Assembly: GCA_037951405.1 (NCBI GenBank)
Contig: JBBMOY010000013.1
Span: forward strand, 1 to 36,369
Reading direction: 5' to 3'
Source: Platydemus manokwari
Lineage: Eukaryota
DNA: 36,369 nt
Every line of letters starts with the position of its first letter. Within the stretch, counting starts at the first letter, position 1. A program made the translations under genes and the position numbers. Shown here piece by piece: positions 1 to 9,871 of this stretch. The notes below the pieces were generated by a model. That model saw nothing but the letters and a program-made list of their open reading frames with translations, was not told where the DNA came from and ran no database searches.

Positions 1-1780
1 CGAAAGTTTCCCCCCAGTTAAAATCCCTGAGGATATGCGTTCCATATCCAAGAAGAAAGATCCTGAAGATTTCAGGAAATGGGTGAAAGTCAATGCTGGT
101 TCCAATGCAACGTACGAAGACAAGCTCGATGGTGTGGCAGTTCGTCTCGTCTACGTTAAAGGCGTTCTTACTCTTGGTCATTCTCGTGGTCGGGGTGACT
201 TGGGTGCTGACTTAACATCCCGTCTGGGTATGGTAACGGGGATCCCTCAAGAGATCAATGCGTATAAAGACTTTGAACGCCGTGAAGTTACAGGTGAATG
301 CTTCTGCACTTACGATGACTTCAATGCCTATGTTGAACGTCATAAACTCGATCCCAAAGATATTGATCCGCGTGGTACAGTATCTGGTTTACTCCGTCGC
401 ATTAAACCAGGAGAGATGGAAGATCTTCCTATCTACTTCAAAGCGTACTCAGCTGGTATTGAAACCGTTAAACAGTTTGATACTTATCCGCAACTTCGTG
501 AACATTTAACGGTAGTCGGGTTTGACTTACCTATGGAGTTTGAACTCAACGAAGTTGAAGAGATGATGACACTGACGTCTAAACCGATTGGGAAATATCC
601 GATCGATGGTTTAGTTGCTAAGTGTAATGATCTTCGTCTGTGGGAGAAACCTCAGAAGGGTGAGTCTTATAGCTATGCAAACTGCTATAAGTTCACTACC
701 AAAAGTTACGATACCAAAGTTACTGGTCTGGACTGGTCTTTAAGTAATGAAGGAGAACTGATTGGTACGTTGATGTACGAAACGGTTGAATATGAAGGGA
801 CTAAGCTGACTCGCTGTAAGCTGGACTATGCGCCAAGCTATTTCGAGAAAGGGTTAGGTATGGGGGCTATTGTTCGAATCACTAAAGCTAACGAAATCAT
901 TCCGAAGCTGGTTGCTCTGGTTAAAACCGGAGATGGTGAGAAGTTCGATTATCCAACCAACTGTCCTTTCTGCTCTGGCTTGATCGAGAAAGATGCACGT
1001 GGTGTTGGGTACTGTAAAAACGATGCCTGTGAGGGTCAGTTGGTTAAACGACTGATTCGTCTGGTTGAGAAGAAAGGTCTCAATATTAAAGGTCTTGGCG
1101 ATGTTTATATTCAGAAGTTAGTGGATAATGGTTTCCTATCCAACCCCGCTGACCTGTTTAAATTGACCAAGGAAGATTTAATTAATACAGGTATTTCCGA
1201 AAGTGAATCCATCGCTATCATTGAAAAGATTCTGGCTGCTACTGATCGTGACATTATGCATTGGCTTTTTGCTCTTGCTATCCCAGGTCTCGGATTGGTA
1301 CGTGCTGGAGATATTAGCAACCTGGCTGCGACCAATGGACTAAATGAGGACGTTAAGTTCTATAATGAAGATGACTTGGTTCGTATCTTAACAGATACCA
1401 AGTTCATTACCGATATGTTTGGTTTAGACGGTTTAGTTATTGTTAACCATGTTCGTTCTGATGAAAAGAACATTAAAGAGTTCCTTTCTTATTACGATTA
1501 TAACCGTCAAGGTAAACATGAAAAGATGCTGGGTATACCTGTAGCGATTACCGGAGCCTGGGCTGCATTAACTCGACCTTTGATGGAAGAAGGTTTAAAC
1601 GAAGCAGGATATACGTTATCTGAAACGATTACCAAATCAGTTAAGGTTGTTCTGGTTGCTGATAAACCATCTGCTTCTAAGATCGAGAAAGCTAAACGTT
1701 ATGGAATTCCTACGGTTAATATTACCCAGGTTCATTCCATGGCTGGCATCGTTGATTTGATCGAAGCTTTACCACGTTAA
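1..1780 (+). CDS. ligA: NAD-dependent DNA ligase (5' end outside window)
   Basis: Motif I EDKLDG, SRGRGDLGADLT, EVTGE, PIDGLVAK and CYKF; OB-fold KANEIIPK; Zn finger CPFC..CKNDAC; HhH IKGLG and IPGLG; C-terminal BRCT-like VAITG..SKIEKAKRYGIP. The frame is open from base 2 (ESFPPVKIPEDMRSISK), so the true start is upstream. Confidence 0.96.
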   Translation, partial: ESFPPVKIPEDMRSISKKKDPEDFRKWVKVNAGSNATYEDKLDGVAVRLVYVKGVLTLGHSRGRGDLGADLTSRLGMVTGIPQEINAYKDFERREVTGECFCTYDDFNAYVERHKLDPKDIDPRGTVSGLLRRIKPGEMEDLPIYFKAYSAGIETVKQFDTYPQLREHLTVVGFDLPMEFELNEVEEMMTLTSKPIGKYPIDGLVAKCNDLRLWEKPQKGESYSYANCYKFTTKSYDTKVTGLDWSLSNEGELIGTLMYETVEYEGTKLTRCKLDYAPSYFEKGLGMGAIVRITKANEIIPKLVALVKTGDGEKFDYPTNCPFCSGLIEKDARGVGYCKNDACEGQLVKRLIRLVEKKGLNIKGLGDVYIQKLVDNGFLSNPADLFKLTKEDLINTGISESESIAIIEKILAATDRDIMHWLFALAIPGLGLVRAGDISNLAATNGLNEDVKFYNEDDLVRILTDTKFITDMFGLDGLVIVNHVRSDEKNIKEFLSYYDYNRQGKHEKMLGIPVAITGAWAALTRPLMEEGLNEAGYTLSETITKSVKVVLVADKPSASKIEKAKRYGIPTVNITQVHSMAGIVDLIEALPR

Positions 1781-1783
1781 TGA

Positions 1784-1803
1784 TTGGGGAGGAAACTCCC
1801 CAA
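1784..1803 (+). other. Intergenic GNRA-loop hairpin
   Basis: TTGGGGAG-GAAA-CTCCCCAA directly after the ligase stop, with no U tract. Confidence 0.5.
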
Positions 1804-1822
1804 CCCACCAAAGGAAAATACC

Positions 1823-2140
1823 GTGATTAATAAAACCGTACTGATGTTTGAAAAGAAAGTTCCTGAAGTTGTTGTGGAATTTCTAGAGAACCATTGTTCT
1901 CAACGAGAAGACCAACTCGTTCATATCCTTGAAGTGAAATCTCACTCTATCGTTATTGTATCATTCCAGCAGGGCCCAGCTATGGCGATGAATGAATGTT
2001 TGCAAGCATTATCGGCACGATTTGCTTATACTTTTGTCACCGGAGCTGCTGAAGGTAATACCAACTACATTAAGTTGGGAAGTGGGAAGAACAGCCAATT
2101 GACACAGGCAGGTATCGATAAAGTTAAGGATCTCTTCTAA
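1823..2140 (+). CDS. Hypothetical protein
   Basis: In-frame GTG at 1823 behind AAGGAAA; stop overlaps the next ATG (TAATG). Confidence 0.75.
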   Translation: MINKTVLMFEKKVPEVVVEFLENHCSQREDQLVHILEVKSHSIVIVSFQQGPAMAMNECLQALSARFAYTFVTGAAEGNTNYIKLGSGKNSQLTQAGIDKVKDLF

Positions 2141-2748
2141 TGGCTAAACTTGAACAGAACGGTTGGTTACATACGTACACCACTAATAGTGGTGAAGTAT
2201 TGACCATTAAAAGAACTTGTAAAAAGTTCGAACGTCAGCTCGGTTACATGAAAATGGATTACCAGCATGATGGTGCTATCCTTAAATTTCGTAATAAAAC
2301 CTACGAGCTTGAAATTACCGATCATGAACATCCTAATTGTGCTGCTGGACTTGTTAGGACTTTAAAGACCTTCTCAAGAATCATCAGACTGGGATGGGCA
2401 GAACGTGTTGAACGATTTGATCCAGAAATTTGTGATGCGATCAACGAGCTATTGCGGTTCATGGGCGCTGAAAGTTTCAGTCTACACCATTACGGTGATT
2501 ACTCTCGTATTCCTTTTTCAAGTAATGCATGGGAACATGAACACGATGGGTATACGTATCGGATAGAACGCCGTTCGGATACCAGCGCATATCTTACTAA
2601 AGTTATCCGTTTTAAAGGTCCGCATCATTTCCCTCACCCCATCCCTGATGGGAAACTTCACCCATACGGTATTACCGAGGAACGTGTGTACTTCTCTACA
2701 GTCGCTAAGCCTGTAAATATCGAAGATATTATTCGTCAATTCTCGTGA
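2140..2748 (+). CDS. Hypothetical protein
   Basis: 202-aa ORF translationally coupled to the upstream gene and followed by a terminator. Confidence 0.8.
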   Translation: MAKLEQNGWLHTYTTNSGEVLTIKRTCKKFERQLGYMKMDYQHDGAILKFRNKTYELEITDHEHPNCAAGLVRTLKTFSRIIRLGWAERVERFDPEICDAINELLRFMGAESFSLHHYGDYSRIPFSSNAWEHEHDGYTYRIERRSDTSAYLTKVIRFKGPHHFPHPIPDGKLHPYGITEERVYFSTVAKPVNIEDIIRQFS

Positions 2749-2755
2749 TGTAATC

Positions 2756-2789
2756 GCTTAGTGGGTTAACTCCCACTAAGCTTTTATGT
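2756..2789 (+). terminator. Rho-independent terminator
   Basis: GCTTAGTGGG-TTAACT-CCCACTAAGC followed by TTTTATGT. Confidence 0.85.
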
Positions 2790-2847
2790 TGTTTATTTTT
2801 ATCAATTTGGACATATTAAGTACAGGAGTATTTAATCGGAGAAATAT

Positions 2848-3378
2848 ATGGAATGGCACATTTACACAGACGGCTCGTGCCTGGATAATAACCCAGCAGG
2901 CGGGCCTGGTGGTTTAGCTTGGGTGGCTACATATAAGGACTTACGTGCCGAAGGTAGTCGTGGGTTCTTTAAAACAACTAACAACCGTATGGAGATCATG
3001 GCGGTAGTAGACGCATTATCGCAATTACAGGAAAGGTCTGTCGTTAATATTTATACCGACAGTCAATACACTATTGACGGTGCTACAAAGTGGGTGTGGG
3101 GTTGGATTAAAAATGGATGGATAAGACGAACCCAATTTGGCGAAGAGGATGTAAAGAACAAAGATCTGTTCCAACGTCTACATGCGCTCACTCGCTTTCA
3201 TAAAGTAAACTTCATTAAGGTTAAAGCCCACTACGGAATCCCCGATAACGAACGTTGTGACGTATTGGCGAAAGAAGCAGCTGCTAAACCTAATGAGGTT
3301 GACGAAGGGTTTATCCCTAGTGTCAAGAAAGATCCTAGCCAAAAGAGCAGTGGTGGTTGGAATCGCTGGAAACGATAA
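2848..3378 (+). CDS. rnhA: Ribonuclease HI
   Basis: YTDGSC, TTNNRME, YTDSQY, W..NGW, VKNKDL, VKAHYG and NERCD match the RNase HI catalytic D-E-D-D pattern; GGAG SD. Confidence 0.97.
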   Translation: MEWHIYTDGSCLDNNPAGGPGGLAWVATYKDLRAEGSRGFFKTTNNRMEIMAVVDALSQLQERSVVNIYTDSQYTIDGATKWVWGWIKNGWIRRTQFGEEDVKNKDLFQRLHALTRFHKVNFIKVKAHYGIPDNERCDVLAKEAAAKPNEVDEGFIPSVKKDPSQKSSGGWNRWKR

Positions 3379-3440
3379 TATGAAGGGGTACTGGTTAATA
3401 GCCTTTACCCCTTTCCATTCATTTTAAAAGAGATACAATT

Positions 3441-5204
3441 ATGCAATTAGTGTTATCTGTATTCCCAGGTGGTGGTAAATCATCCATCTTTAAAGAGGCA
3501 GAGCAGCTAGGACTTAAGAAAGCTCATGTTTCTTGGGATGAACGTAATGGCGTCGAAATTACGGTTCCCAAATCCCTTGGTGTTCCGGTATTCGATTCTG
3601 ACAGTTCCATCTTTCCCAAGGATGGATTCCCCGACAACTATATTTCCCATATTAAAAATGTATTAAGTTTGTACCCTAATGTCGTTATCATGGTATCTAG
3701 CCATGATAATGTTCGGGCAGCTTTGCATGAAGAAGGCATTCCGTTCACATTAGTTTACCCTGAACGTGAATTGAAGGGCGAATACCTGGAACGTTATGAA
3801 GGACGTGGTTCCCCAGAAGCTTTCGTTAACATGATGGAACACAAGTGGAATGACTTTATCGATTCCGCTATCTCTGACGTTAGTGAAAATCGTATTGTTC
3901 TGGGTGAAGGTAAATATCTGTTGGATGCTGTCAAGGAGAAAATCCAGGAAGTGGTGTTTACAGCTGACGTTAAAAATGGTGAGATTACGGGATTTGAATC
4001 CACTGAAGAACTGAATGCTTATTATGAACGTAAGAAAGCATTGATGAATCAAGAAGAAACCAATGTAGCTATTTTAGATACTAATGCTAATGTTGATGAA
4101 GCTTCTGGTGTCATTCCTCAGCCTGGTACTCTGGAACCAAGTGTAATGAACTCACCGGAGAACAGTGTGGATATCAACGAAACTGCTGGTGGTCAACCTG
4201 CTGTTGATGCATCCACTGTAGATGATTCGGCTATGGATCATTCTGACATTGTTGAAGCTTATTACGAAACAGATAAAGATATCGCTGTGATCGAAAGTGT
4301 TATTAAGGCTTCAGCAAATCCAGAAACTGCCGGGATCGAATGTATCCAGGATAACAGTGAAGCCATGGTTAATGCCAGTACCTATTTGAAAGAGAAATCT
4401 GGGGCTGATGTAGAACCTACCATCTCTGGATTGGAAGGTTTCTTAGATAAACTTAAGTCCCTTTATGAAGCAACTAAAGGAAGGCTTAAGAAATCTAATG
4501 AAAAGAAAGGGAAGATCGGTAAGTATGCTTACGAAGTCGAGAAGGCAGTTAACGAATATAAATCTTCGGCTTGGTTAGATAAGCAGACATTTATCGAAAA
4601 CGGAACTGTTAAAGTCCAAGTTCCTGGTATCCTTGCTGGAATTAAATCACCGGCAGATATAAAGACCATTATTGATGGGATCAATAAGCCTGTCGTTTCG
4701 GCTTTTGACAAACATTTGGCCAATGATAAAGCTCGTATCATTTCGGCTACTAAAGTCTTTAATAAAGTTAAGGGTCTTAATGCCACTGACCCTATTTCAA
4801 AATTAGAAGATCTTTTGCCTATTAAACCTGAAGCGCTTGAAGGCGGGACTAAAGATGCGGGGTTAGCTCAACTTAAACTTGGGTTATCTGCTATTGAGTT
4901 ACCTGTATTAAGTAAAGACGGTGTTAAACAGGTTTGTGGTATTCTGGATGATATGATCGATGTTGTCGCTGATTTCTTTAATAAAGAAGACAGTCTTGAT
5001 GATACGCATATTGATGAAGATGACTGGTGGAATTCCGAATACCTGGAAGAACACATGCACTCTAATGCTGCTAAACAGTTATGGAATGCCGGTACATATG
5101 CTGCTGATGTTCCGCAATACGCATATATCGATCAAGAGTACAGCAAAGTTCTTCTTGAAGTAGGTAAATTCATTGAGAGTTGGATTCTCAAATCAACTAA
5201 GTAA
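3441..5204 (+). CDS. P-loop (kinase-like) domain fused to a putative internal head protein domain
   Basis: N-terminal FPGGGKS Walker A-like motif plus DSDSS..FPDNYI. The C-terminal ~320 aa aligns with the 5215-6294 product and contains AGIE and SGLE|GF sites. Confidence 0.7.
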   Translation: MQLVLSVFPGGGKSSIFKEAEQLGLKKAHVSWDERNGVEITVPKSLGVPVFDSDSSIFPKDGFPDNYISHIKNVLSLYPNVVIMVSSHDNVRAALHEEGIPFTLVYPERELKGEYLERYEGRGSPEAFVNMMEHKWNDFIDSAISDVSENRIVLGEGKYLLDAVKEKIQEVVFTADVKNGEITGFESTEELNAYYERKKALMNQEETNVAILDTNANVDEASGVIPQPGTLEPSVMNSPENSVDINETAGGQPAVDASTVDDSAMDHSDIVEAYYETDKDIAVIESVIKASANPETAGIECIQDNSEAMVNASTYLKEKSGADVEPTISGLEGFLDKLKSLYEATKGRLKKSNEKKGKIGKYAYEVEKAVNEYKSSAWLDKQTFIENGTVKVQVPGILAGIKSPADIKTIIDGINKPVVSAFDKHLANDKARIISATKVFNKVKGLNATDPISKLEDLLPIKPEALEGGTKDAGLAQLKLGLSAIELPVLSKDGVKQVCGILDDMIDVVADFFNKEDSLDDTHIDEDDWWNSEYLEEHMHSNAAKQLWNAGTYAADVPQYAYIDQEYSKVLLEVGKFIESWILKSTK

Positions 5205-5214
5205 GGTAAGTATT

Positions 5215-6294
5215 ATGTCTTTAACAGATATCTTTAAATCCGTTATCGGATCGGAGTCAGTCGAGGAAGAAGTTGTGGTTGAACCGATTGTCGACAATCC
5301 GGAATCAATATTCCCTCCTCGTGATACTCCACAGTTGTTGGAAGATTACTACGAGATGAAAGATGACGTCGAAGTAATCGAAACTGTACTTGAACAAGCT
5401 GGAAACCCTGAGTTCGCTGGTAATGAACATTACCAAGATAACAGCGAAACTTTGGTTAAAATGTCTGAGATTATCAAGGACAAATATGGTCGTGAGATCG
5501 CTCCGACTATCCAAGGTATGGAAGGTTTCTTTGCTGATCTTAAAGAGGCGTTCTCTGAAACCATCAAGGAACTAACTGGTAACAGCATTGCTGATAAAGC
5601 AAAGATCAAACGTTACTTCCATGAAGCTCGCGGAGCTATCGCGCAATATACTTCTAAGGCATGGCTTGATAAACAGAAGTGGATCAATGTGGGTAAAGTT
5701 AGCCTGCAAGTTCCTGCTGCCTTAAAAGAAGTTAATACCGGCGAAGGTATTAACGCTATCGTTGCTCCATTCTCTAAGGCTTGTGAGAAGCAAGTTAAAG
5801 ACAATCTGGCGAATGCCGAAGCTCGTCTGAGTGCCGGTCTGAAGGTCTATAATCAACTGAAGAATAAAGAACCTGTTAAGGGTGTAGAACTTGCTAAATT
5901 GGTTGGCGAGATCAAACCTGATGCACTCCCAGATGTTACTGCTAAAGATATCGAATCTCTGATTGACGTTAGTCTGTCTAAAGGTGAGATGCCTGTTCTG
6001 AAGAAAGCAGACATCCCTGGTGTGATCAAAGTTCTTAAAGATGCAATCGATACCTTAGATCGCATGTATGTTGGGATAGACAAACTGCTGGACCGTTCTC
6101 TTTCTACTGATGACTTCTTGGATCCTGAGTTCTTTGAAGCTACTTTTAAAGAGAAACCGATTAAACAACTGTATGATGCTACCTGCTTTGAAGCCAATAG
6201 CTGGAATGCCGAATACATTGCAGATGGTTATGTCCATCAAATGTTGGTGATCGCTAAGTTCATTGAAACCTGGATTCTGAAATCCGTTAAATAA
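5215..6294 (+). CDS. Putative internal head (virion) protein, paralog of upstream gene
   Basis: ATG at 5215 behind TAAGG. Acidic N-terminal region with GSE, GNE and GME|GF motifs like phiKZ-type prohead protease sites. Ends KFIETWILKSVK versus KFIESWILKSTK upstream. Confidence 0.7.
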   Translation: MSLTDIFKSVIGSESVEEEVVVEPIVDNPESIFPPRDTPQLLEDYYEMKDDVEVIETVLEQAGNPEFAGNEHYQDNSETLVKMSEIIKDKYGREIAPTIQGMEGFFADLKEAFSETIKELTGNSIADKAKIKRYFHEARGAIAQYTSKAWLDKQKWINVGKVSLQVPAALKEVNTGEGINAIVAPFSKACEKQVKDNLANAEARLSAGLKVYNQLKNKEPVKGVELAKLVGEIKPDALPDVTAKDIESLIDVSLSKGEMPVLKKADIPGVIKVLKDAIDTLDRMYVGIDKLLDRSLSTDDFLDPEFFEATFKEKPIKQLYDATCFEANSWNAEYIADGYVHQMLVIAKFIETWILKSVK

Positions 6295-6313
6295 TGAAAC
6301 AAAACTGAAACAA

Positions 6314-6341
6314 GGAATAGATGGGGAGACCCGTCTATTCC
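6314..6341 (+). terminator. Stem-loop, probable terminator
   Basis: GGAATAGATGGG-GAGA-CCCGTCTATTCC; weak U tract. Confidence 0.65.
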
Positions 6342-6374
6342 TATTAACTCTATAATTCAAGGACTTATAATAAA

Positions 6375-7685
6375 ATGGCCCGTAACGCTGACATTCGCCT
6401 TTATCTGGTTAAACGTTTTCCTCGTATGTCCATTTCTTCTTTACTGCATGTGACCAAATCTATTTTAAGAGATGTCAAGAAAATCAATGCTATCCCCGAC
6501 GTTACTTTACCTCGCGGATTCGTAGTGACAACCCCATACTCTCATTTAAACGATAAACATGATGCTAGCTTTATACTTCGCACGCCTAATAAGATCACCT
6601 CTGAAGTTGGTGATGAAGAATTCACTATTGCTAGTGTTGAAGCATTCAGAGATGAATTAATGGTTATGTGTATTGATAACACTGCCGGTATCAATACGTT
6701 TGAAAATATGCTGTTAGGTGAAGATCCCAATTTCAAGTCAACTACTGGATATCCTGTTGACGTTATTGCAGAGATTAACGTCAAGCTTTATTCCTGTTTA
6801 GTAAGACGTCATCAAAACCGTGGTCGTCGTGGTTGTGATAACGATTATTTCTTTGATGTCGAGAACCCATTCTCAAATCAAGTCACTCACTTCACTGTTT
6901 CCAATATAACGTTTATAGAAACAGAGGTTCATTTCAAGATAACCTCCGATGACGATAAAGTTAATGTCATCCTCAAACCAGACTATCACCTCACAGTTCC
7001 TATTCTGTCTGACGCTAATCCTAAGATAGATTCTAAAACTTATTACATGTTATTTAGAAATGAAATGGAGAAGATAGATTCGGATTGGTGTAGTCCCTGT
7101 CGTAAGCATTTTGTCGGTGCTTTAGACAGAATCATTACAACGGTCTGTACAGAAATTGCAAGTGGAAATGACGATGGTGCCGTGATTTGCCACTTTGGTT
7201 CTTATCAGCTCATAGCAAGTTATGTTACAAAGGGATCAAATACCACAGCATCACTTTTATTAGTAGGACTGAGCGAAATAATTAGGTCTATCGATTTCAT
7301 TGATTTTAATGGATTGGTGAGCGGATCTATTCTATTTGGAAATAAAGGTTCTTACCAAATAGCTCCAGATATGTTGTCATTCTTGAGTAATGATTTTATT
7401 AATCCCGATCATATCCCTCAGATACGTAATTGGATTAATGAAATTGATTTCGATTGTCTATACATTCCTACCATTAAAGATTTTGGATCTGAACTGTTTA
7501 AAGAAACAGTAAGGATTGTTCCTAAAGGGAACATGTATGATGTTAGTATCTTTAATGAAAATGGCGTCATTATCGCCAATGGTTTATTCAAAGCCCCTAT
7601 TAAGGAACCAGTCACAACCGAAGATGAGGAAGTTCCACCTAAAGTCATCAGTTTCTGGAAACGTTTGATTGATAAGTTTTATTGA
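6375..7685 (+). CDS. Hypothetical protein
   Basis: 436-aa ORF with AAGGA SD; no motif recognised. Confidence 0.8.
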   Translation: MARNADIRLYLVKRFPRMSISSLLHVTKSILRDVKKINAIPDVTLPRGFVVTTPYSHLNDKHDASFILRTPNKITSEVGDEEFTIASVEAFRDELMVMCIDNTAGINTFENMLLGEDPNFKSTTGYPVDVIAEINVKLYSCLVRRHQNRGRRGCDNDYFFDVENPFSNQVTHFTVSNITFIETEVHFKITSDDDKVNVILKPDYHLTVPILSDANPKIDSKTYYMLFRNEMEKIDSDWCSPCRKHFVGALDRIITTVCTEIASGNDDGAVICHFGSYQLIASYVTKGSNTTASLLLVGLSEIIRSIDFIDFNGLVSGSILFGNKGSYQIAPDMLSFLSNDFINPDHIPQIRNWINEIDFDCLYIPTIKDFGSELFKETVRIVPKGNMYDVSIFNENGVIIANGLFKAPIKEPVTTEDEEVPPKVISFWKRLIDKFY

Positions 7686-7690
7686 TCCAC

Positions 7691-7723
7691 GCCTACTATC
7701 CTTCCGGGATAGTAGGTATGTTT
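7691..7723 (+). terminator. Rho-independent terminator
   Basis: GCCTACTATCC-TTCCG-GGATAGTAGGT followed by T-rich sequence. Confidence 0.75.
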
Positions 7724-7735
7724 CATTCCTTCATT

Positions 7736-7765
7736 TATTTTTAGACAGATATTATCTACGTGTAT
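7736..7765 (+). promoter_or_regulatory. Putative phage (early-type) promoter, copy 1
   Basis: TATTTTTAGACAGATATTATCTACGTGTAT is 22/30 identical to 17524-17553; both copies lie just after a terminator and before a gene block. Confidence 0.7.
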
Positions 7766-7843
7766 GACTTATTAAAATTTAACTCGCAGTCTAATTTTTT
7801 ATGTCAACCAAACATCCGTTAAACACCGATAGAGGAAATAAAA

Positions 7844-8206
7844 ATGGCTCGCCAAGTAAATACGTCAATTACAAGATCAAAACATCTGTTGGCTTCTCGC
7901 TTGCAGTATCTGCTATTAAAAGAACTCACCACTACATCTAAGTCCGCTTTATGTACCCGACTGGGAATCAGTAACTACACATTGAACCGTTTGTGCAACG
8001 GTATTTCTCATTACGTCAGTTTAGACCTGATGTTAAACGTAGCTGAAAAGATGAAGTTAAGATACGAATTCACTATCAGGTACGATGGTAAAGGACATCG
8101 CGATTTTAATATTGAGTTAGCACCGATCCATCCTGGGTTAGGTTCTAAGTTCTTAGAACGTTTTGGTGAATTCTTGAAACCCAGTGCTGGAGGATTAAGG
8201 GCGTGA
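7844..8206 (+). CDS. XRE-like helix-turn-helix protein
   Basis: SKSALCTRLGISNYTLNRLCNG..VSLDLMLNVAEKM fits the Cro/XRE HTH pattern; GAGG SD. Confidence 0.7.
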   Translation: MARQVNTSITRSKHLLASRLQYLLLKELTTTSKSALCTRLGISNYTLNRLCNGISHYVSLDLMLNVAEKMKLRYEFTIRYDGKGHRDFNIELAPIHPGLGSKFLERFGEFLKPSAGGLRA

Positions 8207-8505
8207 TTAAGACCCCCAACCTAGATAGATTACATCGCGCTTTATTACCTGCCGTGCAACGTTATCTAACCCACCGTAAGTCATCTGGTTCTAGCTGGCA
8301 ATCACTCGCTATTGAACTAAGAGTCAGTAACAACTCTATCCACCGCATTATGAATTGTGGAGGAACAGGGGTGAGTCCAGAATCATTACTCAGTATTATT
8401 TTTAATGCGGGTGGTTCTGTAGGAATGGAAGTTTCCATCGAGCACTTCTCTTCACATTCATTATTAGAAGGTAAATACAAAAATGTCGCGCAAAAAGAAA
8501 ACTAA
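8203..8505 (+). CDS. XRE-like helix-turn-helix protein
   Basis: SWQSLAIELRVSNNSIHRIMN..VSPESLLSII; GTGA overlap with the upstream gene. Confidence 0.65.
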   Translation: MIKTPNLDRLHRALLPAVQRYLTHRKSSGSSWQSLAIELRVSNNSIHRIMNCGGTGVSPESLLSIIFNAGGSVGMEVSIEHFSSHSLLEGKYKNVAQKEN

Positions 8506-9502
8506 TAGTCATAAGCCAGCAAAGTGCGTTTACCCGTCACTAGGGGAATTTGAAAGCTCACCTAAAGAAATTCAGGAGTATAGTTTCTATCCCAAGTCTT
8601 TCGAACCCGAAAAGACCCACTTTAACCATTCCCCATTTGTTACCGATGTTTGGGTTGAACGTGATGGTTGGCGTACTAAGAACGCATACCAGGTTCGTTT
8701 GAAATCCGGTATAGAGATGGAAGCCTTCCCTAATGGCGGTGGCTGGAGTTTGGTGAACAATCAGATTGTTGAGGATGAGGAAATAACCCATATCAAACTT
8801 CTGAATGATCCTTTCTTCCGTCGTGGATATAAAGGTGCCAGAAAGATAGCTCGCGATTGTGAGTATTTTGGTACTCGTTATCCGGCCTGGGTTCGTGGAC
8901 ACTTTGTTAAAATAGAAGACATCCCGGAAGGTTATCGTTTCACTCCTCTGGAAGTTTTTGCCTATCGCAATAGTGAATCTCAAATTAAACTCATGATCGC
9001 TAAAGCAGAAATTGTGGAAGAGGATTCTAAGGCAATTCATATCAATGATATCTATGAATATACCAAAGATTCTGATTTCTGGTGGGACGATAACACGAAC
9101 GTACTTTCTCATGATGACATTTGCAGAAGTATTTACTATATCAATACCAAACGTAAACATCATCAGGAAAATCCAGAAGAAGCTGTTTGGTTAGATGATT
9201 TCATTAGCAAATATCTTTCTCATCAAAGGAACTGGGGGTATCACCGTGACATCTATATTCAGATGCTCAAAGACTTTGGTAAAGATGCATTAATGAATTG
9301 CGTTCTTAATGGCAATTTAGCTGAGGCAAACCATCGTCTTAAACAATTTAAGAATCAGGATCCTGGTTGGAATAAACAAGCAGTTATCGAAGCAGTTAAT
9401 ATCGCCCGTGGTGGCTATCCTCATTATCAGCCGGTTATGCGTATGAATATCGCTGAAATTTTAGCCGGTGGAAAATTACCTTCATTATTGGATATAAAAT
9501 GA
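8483..9502 (+). CDS. Hypothetical protein
   Basis: 339-aa ORF overlapping both neighbours. Confidence 0.8.
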   Translation: MSRKKKTNSHKPAKCVYPSLGEFESSPKEIQEYSFYPKSFEPEKTHFNHSPFVTDVWVERDGWRTKNAYQVRLKSGIEMEAFPNGGGWSLVNNQIVEDEEITHIKLLNDPFFRRGYKGARKIARDCEYFGTRYPAWVRGHFVKIEDIPEGYRFTPLEVFAYRNSESQIKLMIAKAEIVEEDSKAIHINDIYEYTKDSDFWWDDNTNVLSHDDICRSIYYINTKRKHHQENPEEAVWLDDFISKYLSHQRNWGYHRDIYIQMLKDFGKDALMNCVLNGNLAEANHRLKQFKNQDPGWNKQAVIEAVNIARGGYPHYQPVMRMNIAEILAGGKLPSLLDIK

Positions 9503-9867
9503 AAGGCATAATTCGTGGTAAATCTCAGGCTACCTTAACGGGTAGTCTTACCATAACACGCGACATCGTTAAGAAACAGTCCTATGCTCATCAAGACCAA
9601 CTTGTTATATTCAGACTGAAAGAAGAGTATCCTGAATTCGATCTCCGTGTCTTTGCCACAATCGTTTCTACCATTGCAGTACAAGACGGCTTTAGGGTAC
9701 CACTTTCTCAGTTCAGAGAACTAGTAAGGAAAGAGTTGTTTAAACTGGTCACGGTTATTTTCCCTGATCATGTTTACAACAAAGATACAAACGTTCATAC
9801 ACTTTACGATACCGTCTTTCAATTCATGGAAGACCGTGATAACAAAATTAAAGCATACAAGGGCTAA
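9499..9867 (+). CDS. Hypothetical protein
   Basis: 122-aa ORF, ATGA overlap. Confidence 0.75.
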   Translation: MKGIIRGKSQATLTGSLTITRDIVKKQSYAHQDQLVIFRLKEEYPEFDLRVFATIVSTIAVQDGFRVPLSQFRELVRKELFKLVTVIFPDHVYNKDTNVHTLYDTVFQFMEDRDNKIKAYKG

Positions 9868-9871
9868 TAGA

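Noticed and set aside
7844-8505. Temperate-phage cI/cro switch
   Set aside because: The genes are co-directional, with no S24 peptidase domain, divergent promoters or integrase.
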